Numbered from the stretch's first letter, positions 21,435-30,905 are shown. The stretch is DNA of 44,851 nt from Andalucia godoyi And28 (GCA_009859145.1 VRVR01000034.1:69425-114275), one strand, 5' to 3'. Translations and numbers: made by a program. Notes: generated by a model from the sequence alone, not told the origin.

Positions 21435-22580
21435 ATGACAGATTCTGTGAAGACGTTTGTATGCGAGGCAAAAGGGTGGGACGGGTGTCCATTGCATGTT
21501 ACTGTGCACCTGCCTCCGCAAGCCAAGGGACTCGTTCTGTGCGGTCATGCGATGGCTGTTGATTCTCGTACAATGTACCGACCACCCACGACCGTCACGA
21601 CCAGCACCCCAAAACCACGTAGCACCACTCGCGAAACGATTGGGTCAGTGCTTCTGAAGCAAGGATTTGGAATTGCTTTGCATGAAAGCCGAAACCGACG
21701 GCAGAGCGGGTTGCCGGCAAACAAGGGTGGATGTGCGACGTACGAAGACTATGTGCACGATGTCGGATCGCTAGTGGACTGTATTTGCGAACATCCGCAA
21801 CTCAAGCACTTGCCCCTTGCAACCCTTGGCCATTCTCAGTTTGCACATGTTGTTCTCGCGTACCTCTCGATGAGTCTGGACCCTCGCGTTAAGGCCCACG
21901 TGATGTTTGGGGGGAATGCGTGGGTGAAGCGGTATGAAACGTCGACCTTGAAGTGGATGCTCAAGGTTCTGATTATGGTCGCGGTGCAGCTCTGTGCATT
22001 GATTGTTGGCTATGTGCCATTTGTGCGGCTTGGAATGGGCACGTGCGACGAAAGCGCACTCTTCTGGTCGTCGTTTCTGCGGTTCAACTGGAGAGATGAG
22101 TGGTGTACAGATCGGCGTGCTCCGGAGCCTGTTCATGGCAAAAACGCCAGGAGGTCGAATCGGAAAAACGAATGTCCTACTTGGACTCAGTATCGCAGCA
22201 GATTTGGCACAGATTCGGCTGCTATCCGCAACAGCGTGTCTTCGCTCGATTTCGACTATGCCGCGCATCTTTCCGAGATCAAAACGCCTGTTCTTGCTGT
22301 CTTTTCTTCAGCGGATACATTGGAGTGCAAAACAGAACAAGGAATCTTGTTCTCTGCTGCGGTCCCCAACAGGAGCATCGTCGTGTGTGATACAGGGATG
22401 TCGAAGCTGGACAAGCGAGATGTCGCGGCCATTGAGAGAGCGAGAATGGACGGACACTCGGTGCAGATTTTCCAAACCAGCCGGCTCAATCACATGGGGC
22501 TCTTGACAAGTGCGGGTGGTCAGCCCGTCTGGGAGTATGCGTCGACGTGGATCCATGCCACGGTCCTCAGTCGACTTTAA
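21435..22580 (+). CDS. Alpha/beta-fold hydrolase (381 aa), bacterial-like, with atypical nucleophile elbow GHSQF
   Basis: GLVLCGHAM (oxyanion loop), TLGHS (nucleophile), PVLAVFSSAD (acid), LNHMGLL (His); intronless. Confidence 0.85.
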   Translation: MTDSVKTFVCEAKGWDGCPLHVTVHLPPQAKGLVLCGHAMAVDSRTMYRPPTTVTTSTPKPRSTTRETIGSVLLKQGFGIALHESRNRRQSGLPANKGGCATYEDYVHDVGSLVDCICEHPQLKHLPLATLGHSQFAHVVLAYLSMSLDPRVKAHVMFGGNAWVKRYETSTLKWMLKVLIMVAVQLCALIVGYVPFVRLGMGTCDESALFWSSFLRFNWRDEWCTDRRAPEPVHGKNARRSNRKNECPTWTQYRSRFGTDSAAIRNSVSSLDFDYAAHLSEIKTPVLAVFSSADTLECKTEQGILFSAAVPNRSIVVCDTGMSKLDKRDVAAIERARMDGHSVQIFQTSRLNHMGLLTSAGGQPVWEYASTWIHATVLSRL

Positions 22581-22724
22581 TTATCTGATTCTCATTTGTT
22601 TATTGATTATTGATATTATTATTTTCTTTTTGAAAGGGTTTGTTGATTGCTCGATGTCCGCTGCCCAGTTTCCCTTTGGAAGCTTCAACAGTTGTCGTAT
22701 GGAGAACATCCATATACTGAGTAT

Positions 22725-23133
22725 GCATGACCGTCGCTAATCATGCCGTAATCAAATGTTTCAACCGGGGGCCCTGCCGGCGTTCTCAAGAGAAATGCTG
22801 TTGCGCGCACCATTCCAATCGCGACCAATCCGGCATGCACGCTGTGGACATGCAGGCATCCTCCAATCGCGGCGCTTCTTCCCTTCTGCCGGCTCCCTCC
22901 GCACCGTACGAGAGGGACGGTCGAATTTCGGAAGTAGAATGCAGTCATGCTCACTCACACAGCCATTTTTGCAAGCTTAAAATAAAAAAAGGATGAACAA
23001 ACAAAGGAGGTTGCTGCTTTAAATAGTGTTCCCAGAAATTAGCATCTGAACAATTTGGGGCTTTCCCAACCTAAACAGCCTCGAACCTTGGATTATTAAG
23101 CGAGCAAATCCAGAATGTCAATTTCGTTTGCTT
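22725..23133. repeat. Dispersed non-coding element, long copy (409 bp)
   Basis: 22725-22778 matches 41514-41567 (3 substitutions in 54 nt); 22961-23133 matches 41568-41741 (1 substitution plus 1 indel in an A-run). Confidence 0.95.
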
Positions 23134-23356
23134 GTAGTTGTTTTTTTAATATTATTTTTTTACGTACGTTTATGCGTGTTGTTGCTTGTCGCCACCTTTG
23201 TGAGAAACGGAGCAAACCCTCAAAAAGAAGGTGCCGATTCCACGATTTTATTCCCCTTTTTCATTCGGGATATTGGATTATTCGTTTATCTATTTTATTA
23301 CCATTCTTATTATTTATCATTATATTTTTGGTTCTATTCAATCGGTAATCAAAGAT

Positions 23357-23417
23357 TTACTATTATTATTATTATTTTAATTATTATTATTATTGTTGTT
23401 GTTGTTGTTGTTGTTTT
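23357..23417. repeat. (ATT)n-(GTT)n compound microsatellite
   Basis: Seen directly upstream of the LRR gene. Confidence 0.9.
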
Positions 23418-23467
23418 GAACTGTACCGGACAAGGCTGCAGAATTGCTCCACACAAACATTCGAGAC

Positions 23468-26400
23468 ATGCGGCATTTTGCAACCGCGACTCTTCTCGTT
23501 GTCCTTGTTGTTCTCGGACTCTCACAAGACTGCTTTTCCTATTCGGGTATGCCAGTTACGGAGGGACAGATGACGTCTCCTGTCCACCGATCCCGAAAAC
23601 CAAAGGGTCCCATTCAAAGCAGATCTCTAGCTGTGGATCCCGAGCGGCTGTCTCAGCTGCATTCAAAGAGAGCCGAGCATGATCGCCATCTAAGAAAGCT
23701 TGGCTACGGGATGGATCGCATGCGATGGGACCCTGTTCTCCACGGGTCTCGAGGCATCATCGAGAGTGGCCATGTGAATGAGAATATCCATACGTCCTGG
23801 TCAATGTTCCGCAAGCATAATAGGCTCAAAATTTCGAGAGGGAATGACCAAAGTTCTGCTGGCAGGAGACGGTCATCTAGGGCGCTTGGAATGGAGGTGG
23901 AGTATTCTCCGGATTGCGCGGTTCTTTGCAAGCTTATGGACATGCAGCCTCCTGGGTATCAGATCCCGTTGGTGATGCCAACGTTTGCTTTGCAGTGGGA
24001 AACGTGTGCGAATGCTTCCAGCTGGAGTTGCTGCAATCCAAACACCGCTGGTGTCAGCTGCCAGGTGATTAACGGTGTCAATCGAGTAACGAAGATCATT
24101 GGCAGCTCGTGGAACCTTGTTGGAAACGTTCCGGTGGAATTTAGTCAGCTGGAATATCTTGTCTCGCTCGAATTGAACGATAACAACTTTATCGGCTCTT
24201 TTCCCACGTGGTTGCTGAATCTGTCGCATTTGACGGACTTGCAGATTGCGGGCAACTTTTTATCCGGACCGCTGCCGTCCAATTGGACTGGGGTACCTGC
24301 ACTGCAGATTCTGTATCTCGGGTATAATCTTTTCGAGGGGGCGATCCCAGACGCCATTTACTCTCTGCGAGATCTCGGAGGACTGTATCTGACCGAGACA
24401 TTCATTGGAGGCCCAATTTCACCGATGATCGGTCAAGCCACAAGTCTGACGCTGTTTGTTTCGGAAGCGACAACTTTGATTGGCGAGTTACCTGATGTGT
24501 TTGCAAATCTTACCCGGCTTCGTCGCTTTTCTGTATCCGCCAACTCTCTCAACGGAACACTCCCTCCAAGCATTTACGAATGCCAGTCGTTACAATTTTT
24601 GTTGCTGGACGATAACTTCTTCTTTGGGGAAATTCCGAATAGCATATCGCAATTGACCTTTCTTCGAGTCTTGTACATCAACGAGAACAATTTCACAGGA
24701 ACAGTGCCGACGGCACTGGCCAGTCTATCGGGCTTGGAGTCTCTCGGGTTGCAAGTCAATTCGTTCAGCGGGACATTACCAGGAGCTCTGGCGAACTGCA
24801 CATTGCTGGCAGAACTGCAAGTCTATTTCAACGATTTTTCGTACATTGATCCAAGCCTCTTCAATCCGACAAGCATGCTGACGTACGTCGACGTCTCCTT
24901 CAATTCGCTGACAGAGATCCCCGATTCTGTTGGGCTACTTTCTAAGCTTTTGGTCCTCAAGGTTGATGCCAACAACTTGACGGCCTTTCCCATCAATGCC
25001 ATCACAAGCGTTTCCACTCTGAATCTGTTGTCCATGTCTTTCAATCTCATTTATGATAGTTACTATGACAACAATGATTACAATTGCCAAACTCTTGATG
25101 CTGCCAGTCAGTCGTACGTTGCTGTGCTGGATATTTCGAACAATCCAAACATCTTTTGCAACTTGTATTCTATGTACTTGTGCAATGCAGCAAACTACGG
25201 AGGCGGTGCTCTTGTCGTGCTGAATGTTGCGCATTCGGGAATCTATGTTGAAGAGTCGTACACCATGGTTGCGTACTCGGAAGAACATTCGTGTGGTCTG
25301 CTGTCTCTGATTACACTCGATCTCACAGGTTGCAATGTGGCCGATGTGGACGCTCTTGATGTCGTTGGGCGATCTTTCCCTGCATTGGAGGAGCTGATGG
25401 TTCCAAATTCTCAGCTACAATCAGACATTGCACAAATGCAACTGCTGCCGTTCATGCTGTTTTTCAATGCATCGCACAACCCGAATTTCCAATTCAACGT
25501 TCTGGACTATGGGGCTTCTCTGGTTGTCCAGCCGTCGGCTTCAACGATGTACAATGCATCTGCCAATGGCCACTACTTTTGCTTTGAAGTCGAGTCGATT
25601 ATTCAGCCTTCTGCTCTGTTTGTCGTAGACATTGACATCTTGTCACAGTACCAACTGTGTTTTTGCGACAAGGGATTCTATGGCAAGCCTCCGCACTGCG
25701 CGCTTTGCCCGACAAACGCTGTCTGCCCTGGTCCGGATCTTGTTGCGGCGCGCACGTCTGAGTTAGACAATGTCGATGCGCGATACTTGGCCTACTTGCA
25801 AGGAGGAACCATGTTTGCAGAGACGGGCTACTGGGCTTCTCCGCCATACGATTTGGATGATCTTCAACGAGGGATGTATCCGACTACGTTTATTCAGTGC
25901 AATGGATTTGGTGCTGCGCTGTCGAGGTGTCGACCCAATAGCTCAAACTTCACGCAAGCATGCGAAGACGGGTATACAGACCGGTTGTGCTCGAAATGCA
26001 GCTCTTCGTATTTCTCGGTTTCTGCTGAATGGTCTGCTGTTACGACGTGCTTGTCTTGCAGCAATCAGGTCTCCCTTCCGTGGTTCCTTTTCATTCTGAT
26101 ATTGTGCTTGATCATCGTTATGATCGTCGCCTTCGTATCCTCCGCTTCTACTTCCGGCTTCCTGAAGATTCTCATCTTCTTCTTGCAGTTTGTTGCGCAG
26201 TTGCGGCTACCAATACCGTCAGGTGCTGGCGGATTTTTCTCGACCATTTTTGCCATGAGTTCCCTCAGCTTGTTCGGACCTGAATGTTATGTTGACTGGT
26301 GGAACTACGAATCTCAGTTTATCCTTGCCATCCTGGTGCCGGTTGGCTGTGCTATTGCCATTGGCTTTGTGTGGATTTCGGGAAAGCTGCTCAGCTTGGT

Positions 26401-27262
26401 GATCGGTAGGTCTCTCGATGCGCCGTTCTTGTCGTGGAATGATCGTTGTGTTCGAGCGCTTCTGTTCTTGATGTACGTTGCTTATATTTCTACCTGCTTG
26501 GCAATCTTTACTCCTCTGAAATGCTCGCTGGATTCCGGGACTGGAGAGCGCTATCTCACAAATGTTCCTTACAAGTCGTGCAACACATGGATACGTCCTG
26601 TTGCAATCACGTACATCATATTGTTTGTTTTTGGCCTCCCTGCGCTGTTGTTTTTCATTGTTTATGCAGCTTTGAAAAAGGGCGGCAAAACCGAAGACAT
26701 TGCACGTGCGAGAAAGGTGTACGGACTCCTGTTCGGCACATTCATTTCCGGCTTCGAGTATTGGGAGATCCTGATTACGTTTCGACGCCTTGGTCTTGCA
26801 GCGGTCTTTCTAAACCTCGACTATCACTCGTCTTTTCAAGGCATGATTATCCTGTTTATTCTGTTCTCTGCTCTCTATTTGCAGGTGCTGTACTCTCCAT
26901 ACAGTCTAAGAACTGAGAACATAATGGAAAGCTGCGGGCTGATCCTTGTCGCACTGAACTACGTTGTATCATTGCAGTTTGAATCCAGTACAATTGCGGA
27001 TGCAACGTCAATTGCTGTGTTTCTGATGCTCCTGAACGTAACGTTCATATTCGTCGACTTGCTCCTGTTGTTTATGACGACCAAAATTTTCGCACGAGTT
27101 TTCCGTCGATCTGCTCTGCGCCTTCGAAAACAGTCATTTCGCCGGAGCTGGAATGGGGTCCCTGGTGAGGATGTAGCGCTGGAGGAAGTGTTTTTGAAGC
27201 AGAACGACCGAGAACTGGTCGATGGCCGGCCAGTTGATGCCAGTTCGTCCGTGAAATCGTAA
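23468..27262 (+). CDS. Receptor-like protein (~1264 aa): signal peptide, plant-type LRR ectodomain, Cys-rich stalk, multi-pass (about 7-8 TM) C-terminal domain
   Basis: Signal peptide MRHFATATLLVVLVVLGLSQDCFS; LRRNT-like WSCC..GVSC; many LxxLxxLxLxxNxFxGxIP repeats; CxC/CxxC stalk (CEDGYTDRLCSKC); TM region with YGLLF..F....EYWE....RR. Confidence 0.9.
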   Translation: MRHFATATLLVVLVVLGLSQDCFSYSGMPVTEGQMTSPVHRSRKPKGPIQSRSLAVDPERLSQLHSKRAEHDRHLRKLGYGMDRMRWDPVLHGSRGIIESGHVNENIHTSWSMFRKHNRLKISRGNDQSSAGRRRSSRALGMEVEYSPDCAVLCKLMDMQPPGYQIPLVMPTFALQWETCANASSWSCCNPNTAGVSCQVINGVNRVTKIIGSSWNLVGNVPVEFSQLEYLVSLELNDNNFIGSFPTWLLNLSHLTDLQIAGNFLSGPLPSNWTGVPALQILYLGYNLFEGAIPDAIYSLRDLGGLYLTETFIGGPISPMIGQATSLTLFVSEATTLIGELPDVFANLTRLRRFSVSANSLNGTLPPSIYECQSLQFLLLDDNFFFGEIPNSISQLTFLRVLYINENNFTGTVPTALASLSGLESLGLQVNSFSGTLPGALANCTLLAELQVYFNDFSYIDPSLFNPTSMLTYVDVSFNSLTEIPDSVGLLSKLLVLKVDANNLTAFPINAITSVSTLNLLSMSFNLIYDSYYDNNDYNCQTLDAASQSYVAVLDISNNPNIFCNLYSMYLCNAANYGGGALVVLNVAHSGIYVEESYTMVAYSEEHSCGLLSLITLDLTGCNVADVDALDVVGRSFPALEELMVPNSQLQSDIAQMQLLPFMLFFNASHNPNFQFNVLDYGASLVVQPSASTMYNASANGHYFCFEVESIIQPSALFVVDIDILSQYQLCFCDKGFYGKPPHCALCPTNAVCPGPDLVAARTSELDNVDARYLAYLQGGTMFAETGYWASPPYDLDDLQRGMYPTTFIQCNGFGAALSRCRPNSSNFTQACEDGYTDRLCSKCSSSYFSVSAEWSAVTTCLSCSNQVSLPWFLFILILCLIIVMIVAFVSSASTSGFLKILIFFLQFVAQLRLPIPSGAGGFFSTIFAMSSLSLFGPECYVDWWNYESQFILAILVPVGCAIAIGFVWISGKLLSLVIGRSLDAPFLSWNDRCVRALLFLMYVAYISTCLAIFTPLKCSLDSGTGERYLTNVPYKSCNTWIRPVAITYIILFVFGLPALLFFIVYAALKKGGKTEDIARARKVYGLLFGTFISGFEYWEILITFRRLGLAAVFLNLDYHSSFQGMIILFILFSALYLQVLYSPYSLRTENIMESCGLILVALNYVVSLQFESSTIADATSIAVFLMLLNVTFIFVDLLLLFMTTKIFARVFRRSALRLRKQSFRRSWNGVPGEDVALEEVFLKQNDRELVDGRPVDASSSVKS

Positions 27263-27275
27263 TGGTCGTAACGGT

Positions 27276-27278
27276 CAT

Positions 27279-27311
<33 letters not shown>

Positions 27312-27342
27312 AGCAACAGCAATAATAATAATAATAATAATG
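27276..27342. repeat. (ATC)/(ATCATA)/(AAT) microsatellite run
   Basis: Seen directly in the LRR gene 3' region. Confidence 0.85.
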
Positions 27343-27638
27343 CAGTGATCAAAGTTTTGTAAATCATGGCCACACGATCGTGGATTCTATGACAGCGTCT
27401 ACATTGTACACTAACCACGGATAATCATCGCCGATCACCCATAATCAATACTGCAACCCAACAACATGCATAGTGCAACGCGGCTGCGTGTTTATAGGGA
27501 TTTCATGATCATAATGGGGCGAAACGAATCGGGCATCGTGTGACAGAGTTGCTTAAGACAGCAAACGCATGCGCATGGCGCGCGGCAGTGCTTATGTTTT
27601 TACGTGTGGGTTAGATTGCTTCATCATATCGCAATAAA

Positions 27639-30530
27639 TTACAGCGGTTTTGCCAGTGATCTCAACTGGTTTGCAATTTTTTCGACAGAAGCACTGAATG
27701 TTGGCAGATCGACGTCAGAAGACAAGAGCGATAATAGATTGTTCAAATCACTGGAAGACAGCGAAGGAACAACCTGTGGGCACACATTTCCAATAAAGTA
27801 CTCTCGGAAATTTTGAAAGTGCACCGCTTGGGCAATCTCAAAGATCGCCACGAGAATGTTGTCCTTTCGAAGTGCTACATCTTGGGAAACCAACGCCGAC
27901 AACAGGGAAACAAGGAAGCGACTCTGAAATTGCTCAACAAAAAACGATCGCTCAAACAACAGCTTTGACTTGTTCAGTTCCGCAAGATGAGAAAGGTTGA
28001 CGTCAAACATGGCCAATTCCCTCGAATTCAATGCAGACAGCATCAATTCCAAGATCGTTCGCACCACGAAGGCAGCACTTTCGCTTTTGAATGCACAGTT
28101 TGACTGCATGTCAAAAAAGTACCGCCAATTATCTGCCAAAATCGTATACAACAGCCCGAAGAACTCCATGCCAACATCCAACATGTCGCCACGCAGTGCC
28201 GCGAAGTCCGAGATTCGAGGATACACAATATCGAGAGAAAACTTCACGATGTTGTCAATGAAAGCATGGTAGGCTCCAGAACCATCCCGCAGCATTGACG
28301 TCAAGAGTCTCAAAAGCTTGACAAGCAAGCGAGTACAATCATTTGCGTGATACTGGAACAGCTGTGCAAACACTGGGGAGGAGAAGAAGTTCAAAAACAC
28401 GAACACGCACTTTTCAACATACTCATTTCCAATTGCACGCCGGAGAGACTCGATAATTGAATTAAACACGTCGAAAATCTTGTCAAAGACCACAAAATTC
28501 CCTGTATTGTTCTTGACAAGCTCCAGGAGAGGAGACAAGAGAGGGTGCAAAGACTGCAATATGCGAGCTTTCAGTGGAGAGTTCTTTGATTTGGAGAAAG
28601 CAGCAATGCTTTCAACGAGACTTAGCAGTCTCAATCCCTCAGTCATGCTGTGCTCATCACGAAACGAGCCATCTTGCAGTAGATTCAGCAACGGAGAAAC
28701 AATGACATGAGAAATTGACTGGGAAAACGCTTGCGCTCGCTCAAGCACGGAAGCATTCCCGCTCTCCTTTGCTAGATCCGCTCCGTCTGCCACCAACAAA
28801 GCATGCGCCATAATGCTGACAACAATCTGCTGAACGGACACTGGAATGGAACTCTGAGATGCACAGAGAACAGACACATTCGACAACAGCAGCGAAACAG
28901 ACGAGTACTTTGACAAATTTGGAGGGCGTACCTGAGTGCACATAACCCGAAACACTTTGAGCGAGGACTCGATAAGATCCGTTGGTGCACAATTCTTGGG
29001 ATCCAAAGAACTGAGGCATGTATCAAACACCGCCGAAGTCAAGAGCTCGAAGTTTCTCGGAGTCACAAACTCGCTGGCATTCGTACTGTCATACGCAACA
29101 GATCGAAAGCGCTCCATCCAGGGACAAAACGAGGACACGGCGCTTAGGGTCTCCAGAGAGACCTTCAGTCCGGGTGCATGCATTCTGAAGAGCTGCAGGG
29201 AAAAGCAACTTTGCAGAATCTGCAAAAGCGACTGTACCATCGAAGCAGAATCCAAAAATCTCTCTGAAAAGTACTCTCCAGAAGTGAGAATTGCGACTTG
29301 CTGAATGATTTTCAGAATGGAAACAACATCCTGACACAAGGAAACAGAGAGAACATTCGTGGAATTCGCTTGGAGCTGTTGCTGAAATGGATTCATGGCA
29401 GCAGTGACAATGTTTAGGCAGTCCTGAGGAAACAAATCAGCGACATTGTCAATCGATTCTGCACAGGAGCGCAGGAACGAGTCTCGTGCAGTCTCATTGA
29501 AAAAGTCTCTTTCTGAATCGTCGAGATCCGCGAAAAGCCCGGGCGATTGCGTCTGTAGCATACAGCGAATAATCGACTGAACAAGCGAGAGACAAACATC
29601 GCGATATGCAGGCGCAAGACGCAAGTCCAATCGAATAGAATCTAGCCATTGGTTCCAAAAATCTAGACAGGTGATCAGAGAGTCACTGTTGCACGTGTGA
29701 GAGAAGGTAAACTGGAAAGCAGCGCTCAAGAACGCCATGTCGCCGTGCACGTACTGCAGTCCCACTCTGCTGAACATGTTAAACAAACGAATGACCTGCG
29801 AAGTATACTCTTCGAACGACGCATCAGCAGACAGCGTGGTTGACTTTTCCAGTAACTGAGTCAAAAATCGAACATCTACGGGAATGGATAGTTCGGCAAG
29901 GCACAGAATGGCAGATGGAGCGTCCACATCAGAAGGGCACAAACAAATGTCGTAAATCGCCTGAACGATGGTCGGATGGGTGATTCGACACTTGCCGATG
30001 CAGTCCAGCAGAGCCTCCACATGCCGCTTTTCAGCAAGCATGGTTCGAAACGCAGTCAACACGTCGTCATTGTAAAACTGCAGTTCCCCGACAATGAGAA
30101 TCCCAATAGAAGTCAGGTTCTTGTCTGCTAAAAGATCCATAATTCTCTCGCCGTACAGATTCGATGCTTGCGCTCCCTGAGCCTTGATGAGCATACACAG
30201 GACTTGGACAAACTTGTTCACGACAAACTGTTGCTGGACTGCCGAGTTTGGCGGAGACACCACCATGCGGAACACTTCGTCTTGCAAAAACAAAATATCG
30301 TCCGCTTTCATATTGGATATCTTCTTTGAAATCACCGAAACAGCAAAAAAATACAAAAACGGAGACGAAGAGTTTGATCGAAGAAGAGAAACAGCCAGAC
30401 TCCGCGGATCCGATTGATTTTGGATCGTCGCAAACGTCGACTCAAGATCCTTTCTTCGCTGTGGCGTCACTTGCGAATTGTAGAATTCTCCAAGAAGGTT
30501 CTCTAATACTAGAATATCGTTCGCGCTCAT
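27639..30530 (-). CDS. XPO6: Exportin-6-like karyopherin-beta (963 aa)
   Basis: N-terminus LENLLGEFYNSQVTPQRRKDLE parallels XPO6 LESLMTEFFHDCTTNERKREIE; internal ILADNWRYFF (XPO6 HHNWRYFF); C-terminal DLPTFSASVEKIANQLR (XPO6 DLPSFTQNVHRLVNDLR). Confidence 0.82.
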   Translation of the reverse strand: MSANDILVLENLLGEFYNSQVTPQRRKDLESTFATIQNQSDPRSLAVSLLRSNSSSPFLYFFAVSVISKKISNMKADDILFLQDEVFRMVVSPPNSAVQQQFVVNKFVQVLCMLIKAQGAQASNLYGERIMDLLADKNLTSIGILIVGELQFYNDDVLTAFRTMLAEKRHVEALLDCIGKCRITHPTIVQAIYDICLCPSDVDAPSAILCLAELSIPVDVRFLTQLLEKSTTLSADASFEEYTSQVIRLFNMFSRVGLQYVHGDMAFLSAAFQFTFSHTCNSDSLITCLDFWNQWLDSIRLDLRLAPAYRDVCLSLVQSIIRCMLQTQSPGLFADLDDSERDFFNETARDSFLRSCAESIDNVADLFPQDCLNIVTAAMNPFQQQLQANSTNVLSVSLCQDVVSILKIIQQVAILTSGEYFSERFLDSASMVQSLLQILQSCFSLQLFRMHAPGLKVSLETLSAVSSFCPWMERFRSVAYDSTNASEFVTPRNFELLTSAVFDTCLSSLDPKNCAPTDLIESSLKVFRVMCTQVRPPNLSKYSSVSLLLSNVSVLCASQSSIPVSVQQIVVSIMAHALLVADGADLAKESGNASVLERAQAFSQSISHVIVSPLLNLLQDGSFRDEHSMTEGLRLLSLVESIAAFSKSKNSPLKARILQSLHPLLSPLLELVKNNTGNFVVFDKIFDVFNSIIESLRRAIGNEYVEKCVFVFLNFFSSPVFAQLFQYHANDCTRLLVKLLRLLTSMLRDGSGAYHAFIDNIVKFSLDIVYPRISDFAALRGDMLDVGMEFFGLLYTILADNWRYFFDMQSNCAFKSESAAFVVRTILELMLSALNSRELAMFDVNLSHLAELNKSKLLFERSFFVEQFQSRFLVSLLSALVSQDVALRKDNILVAIFEIAQAVHFQNFREYFIGNVCPQVVPSLSSSDLNNLLSLLSSDVDLPTFSASVEKIANQLRSLAKPL

Positions 30531-30905
30531 ACTGCCTCAAAATCCAAAAATCCAAATCCAAAACCCAAAACCCAAAAATCCCAATCAGGCTCGCACAATG
30601 CAAAAACAAAGACAAGAAGAAAGGACAGCCGAACCCGAACGAACGAACGAAACGAGCGACTTGCAGAAAAATCAAAAATGAACGATTTCCCTGAGTGAGC
30701 AAAAATGAGTTGTTACGACAGGCGACATTTTAGACAAAACCCGATCGACCTCGACCAAACTCAACTTGGGGCATTTTTTAATGGCGGCTGCTGGTCGGCG
30801 TTCTTGTTTTTGTGTTTCCTGTGAAAGCTGTGCACCATCCAGGACGTGCTCACGACCCTAAATAGCGCGTAAAGGGAAGAGGCTGGTCTTCGTGCGAGGT
30901 TCTGG

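Noticed and set aside
23066-23076. CCAACCTAAAC in the repeat (and CTAACC at 27411) as a telomerase RNA template
   Set aside because: It does not contain 1.5 perfect telomere units of either the TTAGGG or TTTAGGG type.
22725-23133. Repeat as spliced-leader RNA or spliceosomal snRNA
   Set aside because: No U1, U2, U4, U5 or U6 signature sequences, and no consensus 5' donor upstream of the Sm-like AATTTGG, which is itself base-paired in a hairpin.
27566-27577. NRF1-like CGCATGCGCA (also GCGCATGCG at 41315)
   Set aside because: Both lie in 3' regions rather than promoters; short GC palindromes arise by chance.
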